Positions 1 through 13,479 of a DNA stretch of 64,000 bases are shown here, one piece after another. Each line of letters opens with the position of its first letter. The stretch's first letter is position 1. A program made the position numbers and the translations under genes. Source of the stretch: Pristiophorus japonicus (lineage: Eukaryota). Below the pieces are notes generated by a model. It searched no databases. It was not told where the DNA came from and was given only the letters and a program-made list of their open reading frames with translations. The DNA lies in the NCBI RefSeq assembly GCF_044704955.1, contig NC_091984.1, positions 177,692,001 to 177,756,000 of the forward strand. The letters are read 5' to 3'.

Positions 1-151
1 ACACACTGGTGATTCCTTAACATGAAAGGATATAATTACACTTAACTTAAATCAACTTAAACTTTAACTGTCACTAAGATGATGCACACCATTGATGTAT
101 GACCTGCACACCCAGCAGTGTTGCAGCTTTGTAAATAACAACAACATTCGT

Positions 152-1340
152 TCAAGCAAAGCGCTCATATATGAACTGCTGATGTAAGAATCTTGCAGCT
201 ATGTAGCCACCACGGGCCCTTTTCTGCGATCGAGAGGAGGCCGGGCACATGATTTCAGTGTCAGCCTGATTGTCTGGCCCGAGGTCAGCATCCACCTCCT
301 CGTCCTCCTCTTCCTCTCTCTCCTGAGGTGGAGCATCAATCCCTTCTGGCAATTCTTGTCCCCTCCTGATAGCCAAGTTGTGCAGTATTGAGCACATCAC
401 CACGAATTGAGCTACCTGCTCAGAGTGGTATTGGAGCTCAACTCCTGAGTGGTCCAGGCATCTAAAGCATTGCTTTAACACGCCAATGGTTTTCTCGACG
501 ATATTGTGAGTGGCTCTATGGCTCTCGTATCGCTTCTCTGCTTCAGTGTGGGTGTCACATGGGGGGTCATCAGCCAGGTGGCGAGGCTATATCGTTTGTC
601 ACCAAGCATCCAGCATTGACCTTGTGGCTGACTGGTAAACATGTCAGATACAGCGCTTTCACGCATTATGTGAGCATCCTGGATGCTACCTGGAAATTTG
701 GCATTCACTGCCATAATTATTTGCTGGTGGGCGACAATGAGTTGAACATTCAGGGAGTGGAATCCCTTGCAGTTCCTAAAAACCTCTGCATCCTGAAAAG
801 GTGCCCGCATCACGATATGCATACAGTCTATTGCTCCCTGCACCTTGGGGAAGTTAGCAATTCGGTAGAATCCTAAAACCCTCTCAATCTGAGCCTACCT
901 GGTCATAGGGAAGCTGATAATGTCCATCCTGTGTGCATAAAGGGCTTCAGTGACCTGTCTAATGCAGCAATGTGGGGCATGCTGAGATATACTGCAAATG
1001 AGACCTGAAAGGAACCCGACGCGTAGAACGAAAGTTCCGCGGTGTCCTTGACCTCGACAGACAGTGCCTTTCTGATGGTGTTGGCAGTCTGCAGATCTCA
1101 CCTGATGAGCTGGCATATCTCACTGATAACATCCTTGTGGAAGCGCAGTCTCCTCAGACAGGTGTTATCAGACAAGTTGAGGTAAGACAGCTTCTCTCTG
1201 TAAGTGCGGGGGGTGTAAGGTCTGGTCCTCCTCATCAGTCTGGCACGTCTTAGATTGCACACATAATACTGTCAAATATATATTCTACCATCTCTAATCT
1301 GCAGCATGTGCGTACTCATCAAGACAGGCTGAGAAATGAC
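152..1340 (-). pseudogene. PIF/Harbinger DDE transposase (HARBI1-like), frameshifted
   Basis: Consecutive minus-strand ORFs 475-843 and 152-481 carry GAIDCMHI, FHSLNVQ, PGSIQDA, LGDKRY, LKQCFRCLD and CSILHN, the DDE_Tnp_4 motifs. ORF 895-1116 adds VTEALY. The reading frame is broken; the 5' limit is approximate. Confidence 0.85.
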
Positions 1341-1356
1341 AGACACCATTCCATCA

Positions 1357-1535
1357 TTGGATTTATTCAAGAGGGAGTTAGATATGGCCCTTACAGCTAA
1401 AGGGATCAAGGGGTATGGAGAGAAAGCAGGAAAGGGGTACTGAGGGAATGATCAGCCATGATCTTATTGAATGGCGGTGCAGGCTCGAAGGGCTGAATGG
1501 CCTACTCCTGCACCTATTTTCTATGTTTGTATGCT
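1357..1535 (+). mobile_element. CR1 3'-tail / HE1-type SINE tail fragment
   Basis: ttggatttattcaagagggagttagatatggccc...atcagccatgatcttattgaatggcggtgcaggctcgaagggctgaatggcctactcctgc, the same tail that ends the CR1 copies at about 9965, 17060 and 18040. Confidence 0.75.
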
Positions 1536-2190
1536 TCAATAACTATCAGTATTACACCGATTGGTCATAAACTGTAAATGTCCCCACTAAGACACCTAAA
1601 GTAAATTCCAATCGTCCACAGTATGATAAGATGTTTGGTCAGATGTTCATATCACCTTAAAAGAACTCCAGAGTACATCCAAACTCCCCCGAAGTTGAAG
1701 CAGCATTTTAAATGATGCGATCTGGGATTTAGAACATGGCGTCCTTACCGGTGTGATTAATTCAGGTGAGAGCAACTTTTTCACGGCGGTTTTTTCGGCG
1801 AGCGATATTGTCGGCGAGATGTGTGCAATGTGCCGAAAGTAACGCTGGGTGATTTTCTGGGCGTTAGTTTTGGCAAATGTGATCTTTACGACAAAAAAAA
1901 GTGGCCGGGCGGTATTATTAAATCTCGGCATTAATTACTTGCCAAAAGTAATGGTGGGTGATATTATAGGCATTGGTTTTGCCCACTGATCTTTCTGCCC
2001 AAAAAAGGTGGGCGGGCGGTATTATTTTTTATCAGCGTTATGTTCATGCTGAATGTAACGCTCCGCGATAAGTGACCGAGAAATGGTTGTTAGTTTCTAT
2101 TTTGTGGCTAAATGGGCGATATATGGGCGTTATACCTCATTTCAGCATTAAAATGGACATTAAATGGGCAGTATGCATTGCAAAAATAAT

Positions 2191-2204
2191 GGAAAGTCTA
2201 GCCC
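2191..2204 (-). repeat. Candidate terminal inverted repeat of the Harbinger element (GGGCTAGACTTTCC on minus strand)
   Basis: GGAAAGTCTAGCCC ends the internally repetitive region upstream of the transposase and is followed by unrelated CR1 sequence. The partner TIR would lie outside the window, so this is unconfirmed. Confidence 0.35.
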
Positions 2205-2214
2205 ATAGAGATTA

Positions 2215-2800
2215 ACATGAGAGAGAAAGAGGAGGCTTATGACAAATATAAGGTACACAAAACAATAGAGAGCCAAGTTGAATAGAGAGGACATTTAAAA
2301 AAGGAATAAGAGGGGCAAAGGGACATTATGAGAATAGATGAGTGGATAATATAAAAGGGAATTCGAAAGTATTGCATTTACTTATAAACAATATGGGGTT
2401 TTCAAAGGAAGGGTGGGTCGGATTAGGAACCAAACATGATATCTTCTTGAGGCAAATGGTTTAGCAAGGTACTAAATAAGTACATTGCATCTCTCCACTC
2501 TGGAGGAGAGGATGATGCCAATGTAGCAGTAAAGGAGGATGCAGTAGTGATATTGGATAAGATGAAATGGACAAAAAGGAGGTACTTAAAAGGTTGGCAG
2601 TCCTCAAAGTAGAAATGGCACCTGGTACGGATGGGATACATCCTAGGTTATTTAAGCAAGTAATTCGGAGGCTCTGGTCACAATCTCCAATTCTCCTTAG
2701 ATAAGAGGGTGGTACCAGAGGACTGGAGGATTAATATTTTTACAATCACTTTAAAAAAGGGGAGGGGATAAAGCCAGCAACTACAGTTTAGTCCTCCTTC
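2215..2800 (+). mobile_element. Decayed CR1 LINE ORF2 fragment
   Basis: Similar to the CR1 at 15200-15700 (gatgggatacatcctagg, gactggaggatt, aaaaaggggaggggataaagccagcaactacag). Confidence 0.6.
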
Positions 2801-3599
2801 TTTGCTGTATCATTCTATGGTTCCATGATTCTATTTTAGATGCAGAATGAAGACGATGTACAAAATGTCCATCAACAAACTTAAATTCAACTACTAGTTA
2901 CAAAATGTTCACATGGATTTTAATTGAACATCTGTACAATTGAGGGTTGATTTCTAATTCGTTAATTTAATTGGTTCACAATATATTGGAACAGCAGAGC
3001 AGTCTTCTTGCCCTAATTCGCACTAGTGAAGTCCTTTGAAATGAGTCATTCCAATAGAAGCACATCAATTTGATTAGTCAAGTTATGTTAAAAAATATGT
3101 GAGTATTGAATTCTTGTTCCTGACAAAAATAATTTTGCGAGTGAAAGATAGATCAACAACATATCAATTTTTGTGATTTTGAGGTGCCTCCTGTTCAACT
3201 GGAGTAAAAAGCATTGAATTGCTTGGGATTTGAAACTCCAAGAGTCAAGTTCTGGAGACAATTTTGCTGCTCTTTACAATATAGTGGCTGTTTTCTTACC
3301 ATTTTCAGATTTTTCAGTTCCAATGATATTTCCGACTGAGTTCCGTAGTTCTTTGATATCAACAGATATCTTTATGCTTGCGAATTAAAATGTATTTTCA
3401 AAATTCATAAACAAAACCTGCTCAAAGTATCAGGGGTAAATATACATTTGCCTGCTGCGAGTACTGCACGCAGGATGGACTGCACAAATTCACCAAGGCT
3501 TCTTTAAAAACACCACCCAAACCCGCAACCTCCACAACACAAGGGTGGCAGGTGCTTGGGAAAGTAACCACCTGCAGATTCAATGTGCATTCATATCCC

Positions 3600-4450
3600 A
3601 CAATATCAGTTTGCTACCTTCATCATTCGGTCAGAGGTAGGAATGCTCACTGATGATTACACAATGTTCAGTTCAATTTGCAGTTCATCAGCTAATGAAA
3701 CAATCTATGCACTCATGCAGCAAGAGCTGGACAACATCCAGGTTTGGGCTAATAAGTGGCAAGTAACATTCGCACCACACAAGGCAAGTGGATCACAATC
3801 TCCAACAAGTGAGAGTCTAACCACTGTTGCTTGATATTCAATGGCATTACCATCGTTAAAGCCCCTACCATCAACAGCATGGGACTCACCATTAACCAGA
3901 AACTTAACTGGACCAGCCACATAGATAATGTGGCTACAAGAGCAGGTCCAAGGCTGGGTATTTTGCAGTGAGTGCCTCACCTCTTGTCTCCCAAAGCCTT
4001 TCAACCATCTACAAGGCTCAAGTCTGGAGTGCGAGGGAATACTCTCCACAGCCCTGGGTGTAGTTCCAACAACACTCAAGAAGTTCTAGACAATCCAGGA
4101 CAAAGCAGCCCACTTGCTCAGCAGCCCATCCACCAACTTAAATATTCACTCCTTCCATCGTGGCACCATCTACAAAATGCACTGCAGTAACTCACCAATG
4201 CCTCTTTGACAGCACCTTCCAAACCTGCTATCTCTACCACCTATCTGGACGTGTGGTAGGTGAATGGGAACACCATCACCTCCAAGTTCCTCTCCAAGTC
4301 ATACACCATCCTGGCTTGGAAATATATTGCCTTACTTCTTTGTCCTTTGGTCAAAATCCAGCAACTCCCTGCCTAAAAGCATTGTTGGTGCACTTTCACC
4401 TCATGGACTGCAGCGGTTCAAGAAGCCGGCTCACCACCACCTTCTCAAGG
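3600..4450 (+). mobile_element. 3' part of a second CR1/L2-group LINE family (RT C-terminus and tail), interrupted at 4450 and resuming at 5931-5990
   Basis: ORF 3583-3834 has TDDYTMF...LDNIQVWANKWQVTFAPHK (degenerate xADD and RT thumb). The tail ggactgcagcggttcaagaag...caccaccttctcaagg continues after the insertion as ...gggcaataaatggtcgctttgccagcgacacccatc. Confidence 0.7.
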
Positions 4451-5930
4451 TTATTTATAAGAACATAAGAAATAGGAGCAGGAGTAGGCCATACGGCCCC
4501 TCGAGTCTGCTCTGCCATTCTACACGATCATGGCTGATCCGATCATGGACGCAGGTCCACTTCTCTGCCGCTTTCCATAACGCCTTATTCCCTTATCATT
4601 TAAGAAACTGTCTATCTCTGTCTTAAATGTATTCAATGTCCCAACTTCCACAGCTCTCTAAGGCAGTAAATTCCACAAATTTACAACCCTCTGAGAGAAG
4701 AAATTTCTCCTTATCTCAGTTTTAAATGGGCGGTCCCTTATTCTAAGATTATGCCCTCTAGTTCGAGTCTCTCCTATCAGTGGAAACAGCTTCTCTGCAT
4801 CCACCTTGTCAAGCACCCTCATTATCTTATACTTTTCGATAAGATCACCTCTCATTCTTCTGAATTCCAATGAGTACAGGCCCAACCTACTCAACCTTTC
4901 CTCAAAAGTCAACCTCCTCATCTCCGAAATCAACCTTGTAAACCTCTGAACTGCCTCCAAAGCAAGTATATCCTTTCGTAAATATGGAAAACAAAACTGC
5001 ATGCAGTATTCCAGGTGTGGCCTCACCAATATTCTGTACAACTGTAGTAAGACTTCCCTGCTTTTATACTCCATCCCCTTTGTAATAAAAGTCAGGATTC
5101 CATTGGCCTTCCTTATGACTTGCTGTACCTGCATACTAATCTTTTGTGTTTCATGCATAAGTACCACAGATCCCGCTGTACTGCAGCACTTTGCAATCTT
5201 TCTCTATTTAAATAATAACTTGCTTTTTGATTTTTTTTCTGCCAAAGTGCATGACCTCACACTTTCCAACATTATACTCCATCTGCCAAATTTTTGCCCA
5301 CTCACTTAGCCTGTCTATGTCCTTTTGCAAATTTTTTAATGTCCTCCTCACACATTGCTTTTCCTCCCATCTTTGTATCATCAGCAAACTTGGCTATGTT
5401 ACACTCAGTCACCTCTTCCAAGTCATTAATATAGATTCTAAATAGTTGGGGTCCCAGCACTGATCACTGTGGCACATCACTGGTTACTGATTACCAACCC
5501 AAGAATGAACCATTTATCCTGACTCTCTGTTTTCTGTTCATTAGCCAATTCTATATCCATGCTAATATATTACCCCCAACCCCGTGAACTTTTCTCTTAT
5601 GCAGTAACCTTTTAAGTGGCACCTTGTCAAATGCCTTCTGGAAATCCAAATACACCACATCCACTGGTTCCCCTTTAACCACCCTGTTCGTTACATCCTC
5701 AAAGAATTCCAGAAAATTTGTCAAACATGACTTCCCCTTCATAAATCCGTGCTGACTCTGCCTGGCCGAATTTTGCTTTTTCAAATGTCCTGCTTCTACT
5801 TCTTTAATAATGGACACAAACATTTTCCCAACCACAGATGTTCGGCTAACTGGTCTATAGTTTCCTGCTTTTTGTCTGCCTCCTTTTTTAAATAGGGGCA
5901 TTACATTTGCAGTTTTCCAATCTGCTGGAC
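4451..5930 (-). mobile_element. CR1 LINE (HER1-like), 5'-truncated, decayed
   Basis: ORFs 5551-5901 (NYRPVS, QHGFMKGKSCLTN, YLDFQKAFDKV) and 4658-5167 (VRPHLEYC, RRMRGDLIE, FFSQRVVNLWN); 3' tail at about 4455-4560. Confidence 0.9.
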
Positions 5931-6569
5931 ATTATGAATGGGCAATAAATGGTCGCTTTGCCAGCGACACCCATCTACCCTAAATTAAAAAGCTAAGACT
6001 GCTGCTATCGTGCCTTTGGATGCCACTGTTCGAGTGGGTTTCCAGGTCATCACAACAGCCCATTAATCTGTTCTCCAATGGATCAGTAGGATTGGTGAGG
6101 CACTACATCAGGAGAGTGGCAGTGACTCCATGGAGTACGAACGTGCTGTTCTTTCTCAGGGTGACAGCATGCCTACTCCCAGCCCTGCTACTCCACCAGT
6201 ACCCTTGCTGTTACCTGTCAGACATTTATCCAGACAGGTGCAGTCTGAAGCCGGGCCTTCTCGGCTGAGAACACCTCGATGTCATCCTTCAAGGCCATCT
6301 GCAGTCTCTTCTGGGGAAGCACCTCGTAGAAGCACTAGGGTCGGTAACGCTCCACGGAAGACAAGCGCTCATGGAATACACTAGGGTGATTCATATACTT
6401 TTGTGATGATTGAATTTATAAAATTTGATTAGATTGTGCAATTTGTAGTAATTTTAGTGTTTTTGTTGTCAGAAAGAGAATGACATAATGTTCGGTGACA
6501 GAGGAAAGGTAAGGAGTGTGGGACCGTTGGGGGAATAGGGTGGTGTGGTTAATGTCACTGGTATTACCC

Positions 6570-7140
6570 AGCAGCCAGTGTCTGGCTTGTCATGGTGGTC
6601 CAAATAGAGGTGGCACAGAGGACTGCTGCAGAATGAAAAAAACGTGAGGCCTCCAGGATAACGGGCATTCACATGCATGATGCACTGACTGTGTTCAGAT
6701 TCCAGCTGAACATTAAAGGAGCGAATTGGTTTTCCGTTCATGAAAATAGCCCAGTTCACATGAGCTGCATGCAAAGCAAAATGTATCCAGTCAATGGCAC
6801 ACTGCACCATGGGGAGGCCGACAATTTATGCAAAGCCTCATTGTCGCTCTGCCTGCTTCTCTCTGGCATCAAGGAATGCGATTAAGCTGTTGCCATGTGC
6901 ATAGACAGCCCCCGTGATGCCCTTTGCAGTGCGCTGCAAATGCGAAATGTTGCATATATCTCCAGCAGCAGCCTGGAAGGAACCAAACGCAAAAAAGTTA
7001 AGAGCCATGGTCACCTTGCCAGGCACAGACAATGCTGTCCTTCCCCTGCTTTGAGGTTGCACTTGTGGCTGAGTTGCACCGTTGACAAGAGTCCAGTCAC
7101 AACCTCTTTAGTGAAGCGAAGACTTCTCAAGTGTTGATGC
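6570..7140 (-). pseudogene. Second Harbinger transposase fragment
   Basis: KVTMALNFFAFGSFQAAAGDICNISH (6838-7062) and VQCAIDWIHFAL...SFNVQL...NARYPG (6469-6810). Confidence 0.8.
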
Positions 7141-8122
7141 CTCCTCCCTCTTCTCGCGATTTAACCCTATTGAAAAAAGTGACTTTTCGCCAACGCAGAT
7201 AGACTGAGTGAAAAATTTATGGTAATTTCAGTGGGAATTTTCGAGAATTGAAAATGGCCATTCACGCAGTTTCTCTGGGGGTTCTAACGGTCTTCCGCAC
7301 CCGCAAGAAACTTCCGGGTCACAGGAATTTTGCTCCCGTTCACTCTAGCAGGCTGACCAGGATGTGCTACAAATGCTCTCTGGTCCCACCCAAAATATTT
7401 TAATGCTCCTGAACCGAGGGAGCATGCTGCGGTGAGCAATGCAAACCGTAGCCTGTAATTTCCGCGCTAGTTCGCCAACGAAAATTTGAAGGCACCACAG
7501 GAAAAGGCTAAAAATGGCCAGTTATGCGGTTTCTGCAGGGTGTCCACCGTTTTTTTTAGTGTAAATAAGTCGGGAAATGGGAAGCTAACCTATGGATATT
7601 TCCTTAACTAATAGAATTTCCAACCTGCTGACACACTGTGGCCACAGGAAACTCAGTCCCAAAGTGCAGAAGATGGGGGTAATTTGGACATTTGGTGATA
7701 CCGTGAAACGAGTGAGATCGGTTCATCGGTTCGTTATATCTCTCTTCCAATATTCATTTCCAGTGACGCCCTCGGCCCAATTATGTTCACGACTTGCGTT
7801 CAGATTCGAAATAGGTTTGCCAAGATCCACTCCAGAGAAATTGTAGAGATGTTTTAAAATAAAACTTTGCGGTGTTCTGGTAGTATTGATCAGCCGATAT
7901 GTGCATTTACGATGCTTCAATATAACAACCAGCTGAATCCACCCCCGCCCTCGTTCCCCGGTGAGGAAACCATTTGGCTGTTTTTCGTTTCCCTCACAAT
8001 TTATTAAAAGCTACGGACACTGTCTGGACACACACGTAAAAAAAATGATTTTGCACGAGGAATTGGGTGATCATTCATCAGTATAGGTAGAAATTCCTCA
8101 TCTGTGAATCTTTTTATACTAA

Positions 8123-8570
8123 TTCATGAGATATGAACGTCGCTGGCATGGCCAGGAATTATTGCCCATCCCTAACTGTCTTGAGAAGTTGGTAGTGAGC
8201 CGCCTTCTTGAACCGTTACAGTCCATGAGGTGAAGGTTGTCGTAGTGGTTTTGTGTGGCTTGCTGGGCCATTTCAGCGAGCAGTTAATGGTCAACCGCAT
8301 TGCTGTGGGTCTGGAGTCACATGTAGACCAGACTGAGTAAAAACGGTAGCTTTCCTTCCCTATAGGACGTTCGTGAACCAGATGGGGTTTTCCGACAATC
8401 CTGTAATTTCATGGTCACCATTACTGACAGAAACTTTTTATTCCAGATTTACTTAATTAACTGAATTTCAATTCTACAACTGCCGTGGTGTGATTTGAAC
8501 TCATGTCTTCGATCACTAGTCCAGGTCTCTGGATCACTAGTCCAGTTACATAAACACCACGCTACCATTT
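8123..8570 (-). mobile_element. tRNA-derived SINE (SacSINE/DeuSINE-like)
   Basis: On the minus strand it begins ggtagcgtggtg... with a B-box-like gagttcaaatc, and ends in the LINE-type tail also seen at 4410-4450/5931-5990. A second copy lies at about 24400-24850. The family name is from recall. Confidence 0.65.
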
Positions 8571-9964
8571 CCATCATGTAGAAATTGTTAGCGCCAAACG
8601 GGTGGTATGCTATCGACAACAGAACTGAATATTGGGTGGGGAGTATAAATGGAGGTCCATACCATACCGCCGGTTTTGTGCTATCGCTACAGACCAATAA
8701 GTCACAGTCAAGCACAGGCCGACACATATCTTCTTGGGCTTCAGTAATGTAGCAGCATGTAAGTCTATGGGAGTATCAATACTTACAAGCAATAATGGCC
8801 ATTGCTGTCACAACTCCTAGGCAAGTAAGAATAATGCAGGAATCTATGTCTCTTTTCTTTGGTCCTGTCAATCGAACCCAGTCGAACACTAAGTGAGAAC
8901 ATATAGATAGAAATAAATAAAGCAAACTTAAAAAATGAAGAAATGAACAATATATCGGTGTTTACAAAATTAAAATCCATACATAATGTTTGAATATTAT
9001 TAATGACCTTCTTTGACCAACACAATGTTTTCATTATCACGTGCGTCTAAACTCTGGATGGTGTTTGCAGGAGGTCCTTCGTCCATTGTACTTGATGGAT
9101 CCATATTTGCGCATGTATAGTATTAGGCAGTCCCTCGTATCGAGGATGACTTGCTCCCACACCAAAAAGGGATGAGTTCACAGATGCTTCATTGAGGGAC
9201 CTGACATTCTAGGTCCCAAACTACACATTGAAGGGTGGAAGATGCCTGTGCTTGGATTCTTCTCACGTGTGGTGGCCGTTGCACACTTGCGAATGTAACA
9301 GGAAAATGTTGAACCTGTCTGGTTTCAATGCTGAAAGCAAATGAGCTGCTTACCGTCTTAGCGATTCTCACGTGGGGATTTGGCTGAGTGTTGTATTGAG
9401 AAAAAAAACAAACATGTACAATATGACACAGTGAAAGGAACTGAAACAATGTTAGTCTAACCAATGCATTTGTACTTAAAAAGACCGCTATTGCTGAACC
9501 AAATTAAGGGTCGGCCAACCTCTCACTACCACTGTCTTATGACTCGTGTGGGCAAGGTCATGATTGCGTTCGAGGCGCCATCGCGCAGGAAGCCACTGCT
9601 GCTTTATTTTTTGAACAATACGAGGCAAACAGGATGGCAGAACGTCCTTATCTACATTGACCCTATTTCACCGCTGGTCATGACCTGCATTGGAAAGTTA
9701 ATACGGGGCAGAGGTATGCCAGTGATTTGTTTATTGCAAAAACAAATTTTATAGCCACTTTCAAAATCTGACTCAGATATATCTGAAACTGCTAACGTAT
9801 GTATATTGTTCCCCCACACCAAATGACACAGGGTTCAGATGTTTATATACTGCTCGGCCAAGGACTGCTTTCGATTTTCCGCATATAATTATAATTTTAA
9901 ATTGGCATAATGTTGTGAAAGATCACTCATCCTTTAACTGTATAGAATAATTTCACAACAAATC

Positions 9965-10860
9965 CCCATAGAAACATAGAAAATAGGCGCAGCAGGAGGC
10001 CATTCGGCCCTTCGAGCCTGCACCACCATTCAATGAGATCATGGTTGATCATTCTCCCTTTCCTGCTTTCTCTCCATACCCCTTGATCCCTTTAGCCACA
10101 AGGGCCATATGTAACTCCCTCTTGAATATATCCAATGAACTGGCAGCAACAACTCCCTGTGGTAGAGAATTCCACAGGTTAACAACTCTCTGAGTGAAGA
10201 AATTTCTCCTCATCTCGGTCCTAAATGGCTTACCCCTTATCCTTAGACTGTGTCCCCAGGTTCTGGACTTCCCCAACATCGGGAACATTCTTCCTGCATC
10301 TAACCTGTGCAGTCGCGTCAGAATTTTATATATTTCTATGAGATCCCCTCTCATCCTTCTAAACTCCAGTGAATACAGGCCCAGTCGATCATCTCTCTCC
10401 TTATATGTCAGTCCTGCCATCCCAGAGAACCTTCGCTCATTCCCTCAACATCAAGAACGTCCTTCCTCAGATTAGGGGACCAAAGCTGAACACAATATTC
10501 CAGGTGAGGCCTCACCAAGGCCCTGTATAACTGCAGTAAAACCTCCCTGCTCCTATACTCAAATCCCCTCGCTATGAAGGCCAACATACCATTTGTCTTC
10601 TTCACCGCCTGCTGTACCTGCATGCCAACTTTCAATAACTGATGTACCATGACACCCAGGTCTCATTGCACCTCCCCTTTTCCTAATCTGCCACCATACA
10701 GATAATATTCGGCCTTTGTGTTTTTGCCCCCAAAGTGGATAACCTCACATTTATCCACATTATACTGCATCTGCCATGCATTTGCCCACTCACCTAACCT
10801 GTCCAAATCACCCTGCAGCCTCTTAGCATCCTCCTCACAGCTCACACCGCCACCCAGCTT
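9965..10860 (-). mobile_element. CR1 LINE 3' fragment
   Basis: ORFs 10663-10845, 10408-10650 and 10049-10420 (WQMQYNVDKCEV, VRPHLEYC, FFTQRVVNLWN) plus tail. Confidence 0.9.
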
Positions 10861-11134
10861 ATATAACAGGACTTGTTAAATAAATCATTGGGTTATGAAA
10901 CACTGTTGGGACGAAGGAGGTGGAGTTGTGCACTATTCTTGGCTGTCCTTGATGGTGACTTGTGGCGACAACTTTCAAAAGAACTACTTCACACCCAAGG
11001 TTAACATCTTGTAGTATGCTGACCAAAATATTTACCGCTTCGAGCACCACCCAAAGCAATTTACATATTCCAACTTTGTGCTGGAATAGGTATTCACAAA
11101 AAATAGCTTTACAAAATAACAAGAAAGAAACCAC

Positions 11135-11290
11135 TTGTTGTTTTAATTCTTCGGCCCACTCCCACTCTGATCTCGGCCTCTTATACTGTTCTAATAAAGC
11201 TCAATGGAAGCTCAAGAAACAGCAATTCATCTTTCAATTAGCCACTTTACAATCTATCGGACTCAACGTTGAGTTCAGGAATGACAGTTT
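11135..11290 (+). mobile_element. Penelope-like element GIY-YIG endonuclease C-terminal fragment
   Basis: FNSSAHSHSDLGLLYCSNKAQWKLKKQQFIFQLATLQSIGLNVEF resembles the HFNS...RKLEEQxLIFxLxTLxPxGLN ending of Penelope ORFs. Confidence 0.65.
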
Positions 11291-11299
11291 ATAACCACT

Positions 11300-12045
11300 G
11301 CTCCCATTCACCAGGCTTTCCCTCCTCTGAGTTCACTAGCCTCCTATCCTCCCTTAATCTCTCCCTCCATGTAAATTCCCCAACCCAAATTCACTGTCAT
11401 CCCCTTGACCTTGCCATCTCTCGTGACTGCGCTGCTCCCATCATGTCAATCGCAGATAAGTTAATCCCAGAGAACTTCCACCAAACACTCTCCACCTACA
11501 TTCTCCTTACAGCACGCCCCCCCCCCCCAATCCTTACATCCTTCTGTTTCCGCCACTGGTAAAACTCTCTCCCAACTCTCTTATAACTACACTTATGAAA
11601 TCTCAACTGTCAAGCCATTGGCCCTCTATTCACCATAATATTCCTACAGCTATCGATCTGCTCAACCATACCCTCACCACCACCTTTAATGCCATAGTGC
11701 CTATTAAAACCATTATTCTCTCTCAGCCTGGCCGTTCCCCCGGTACAGCCCTTAGCTTCACTCCCATAAGTCCAAGGGATGTAGACTTGAACGGATATGG
11801 TGTACAACTAGTTTAGCCAATCACCACCAGATCTGGCTGCACAACATAAAGCATTATTGGGTCCTGCTCTCGTCTGCCAAACGTTATCACTATTCCAGAA
11901 TAATTTTGGAATGCAATGATAAACCCGGCTTATATTCACCACTGCTAACCAGCTTCTAAATCCTGTTTACTCCACCTTCACCTCTGACAACAACTATGAA
12001 GAGCTTATGGACTTCTTTGTCTCTGAGATTGAAATCATCCATTCA
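11300..12045 (+). mobile_element. Decayed L2-group LINE fragment (endonuclease C-terminus/linker)
   Basis: SSLNLSLHVNSPTQIHCHPLDLAIS resembles the APE PTH...LDL motif; C-rich composition. Confidence 0.5.
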
Positions 12046-12049
12046 GAAT

Positions 12050-12380
12050 GAAGTACTTTTAGAGTCTAGTTACTGTTATAATGAGGGAAACACGGCAACC
12101 AATTTGTGCACAAACAATCCCCCACAAACAACACTGTGAAAATGACCAGATAATCTGTTTTTGTTACATTGATTGATGGACACGGCCAGCCACTAGTCAG
12201 CTGGTTCATGCAGCCGCTCCATGGTGCTGTCGGCGTGAGTTTGTAAAGCGGGAGGCGCGATTGAAGTTTGCAGGACACTGGAGATAACTCCCCGCTCTTC
12301 TTTGAAATAGTGCCATGGGATATATTAGTCCACTTGAGAGAGCAAAGGGGGCCTCGGTTTAACGTCTCATCCGAAAAACA
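12050..12380 (-). mobile_element. SINE fragment interrupted by an 88-bp templated insertion
   Basis: cacggcaaccaatttgtgcacaaacaatcccc...aatagtgccatgggat...gggcctcggtttaacgtctcatccgaaa; related fragments occur at about 21960-22210 and 59370-59710. Confidence 0.55.
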
Positions 12381-12939
12381 GCGATCGCAAAGAACATTGG
12401 TGAAGACGCCTTCCAGCCATTATAGGGGTGGTTCACTGGAGTCTGTACAACAGCGCCAAATGATTCGGGGATTGCAGAAAGGCGATATGCTGTGGGATGA
12501 AATGCAAAGTTCATTGATGGCCCGTAACACTCCGGGGACTAAGCAGCCTTTATTTTTCTGCAGATACATCCTGTGCTCTCTGCCACTCATTAACCTTTGG
12601 AATGTAAGTTCCTTGACAGCAGGGGGACATCCCTTTAAGTAGAGCCCGGCCAGCCACTAGTCAGCTGGTTCACGCAGCCGCTCCGTGCTGTCGGCGTGAG
12701 CTTGTAAGGCGGGAGGCGCTATTGAAGTTTGTAGATCGGGCACCAAAGAAGCCTTGCACGCTCAGTGACATCACGATCTGCGCGGCGAAAGGTGCTGAGG
12801 CACTAATTATTATAGCCGACGCTTCGGGCCTCGCGAATTTGCCGTGCGGCGCTGTAATCGCCTCACCACAGCGCTGTTGCTGGTGCGCCCCGTTTGTGCT
12901 CCTCGAGGTACTAACTGGGGGTGCTAACATGCTGACTTT

Positions 12940-13050
12940 CTCTCCACTAATCTTTTCCAGTTCTGATGGCAGTTTATCGACTGAAATGTTATCTCGGTTT
13001 CTCTCACACAGATGCTGCCTGACCTGCTGAGCATTTTCTGTGTTAATTTA
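12940..13050 (+). mobile_element. Penelope-type terminal repeat fragment with degenerate minimal hammerhead ribozyme
   Basis: gttCTGATGGcAGTttatcgACTGAAAtgtt followed by ...cacagatgctgcctgacctgctgag; an inverted homologue lies at 18355-18455. Confidence 0.5.
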
Positions 13051-13479
13051 AGAAAGAAACCAGTTTTGACGCATGAAATATTGCAGCGGGTCAGTGTTTG
13101 TCAGGCAGGTAAAATTAACGTTTATTTTGAACTTTTAAGTAAATTTCATTTCTGTTACAGCGATTGTTCCCATATATAGAAAATGATAAAGGATTAAAAG
13201 CTGCCATCGAACTTATTGGACTATTTCAGCTGGCTGTTCTAATTGCGAAAAGCTGGTTATACGCAAAAAATAGGTAAGTCCAATCAGCTCGATACTATCT
13301 TTTAATCCAGGTTGCTTGCTATATGTGTGAATAACTACATACATTTTAAGACACTCAATAATGATATAAACTAACAGTTGAGTATTGCCAGAAATGGCGT
13401 CTTCAACAAAGTGTGTCCTCCGATTTTCACTGTACAATGCCCCTCTCTTCAACTCACTGTCATCTAAATGTTCAATTTC

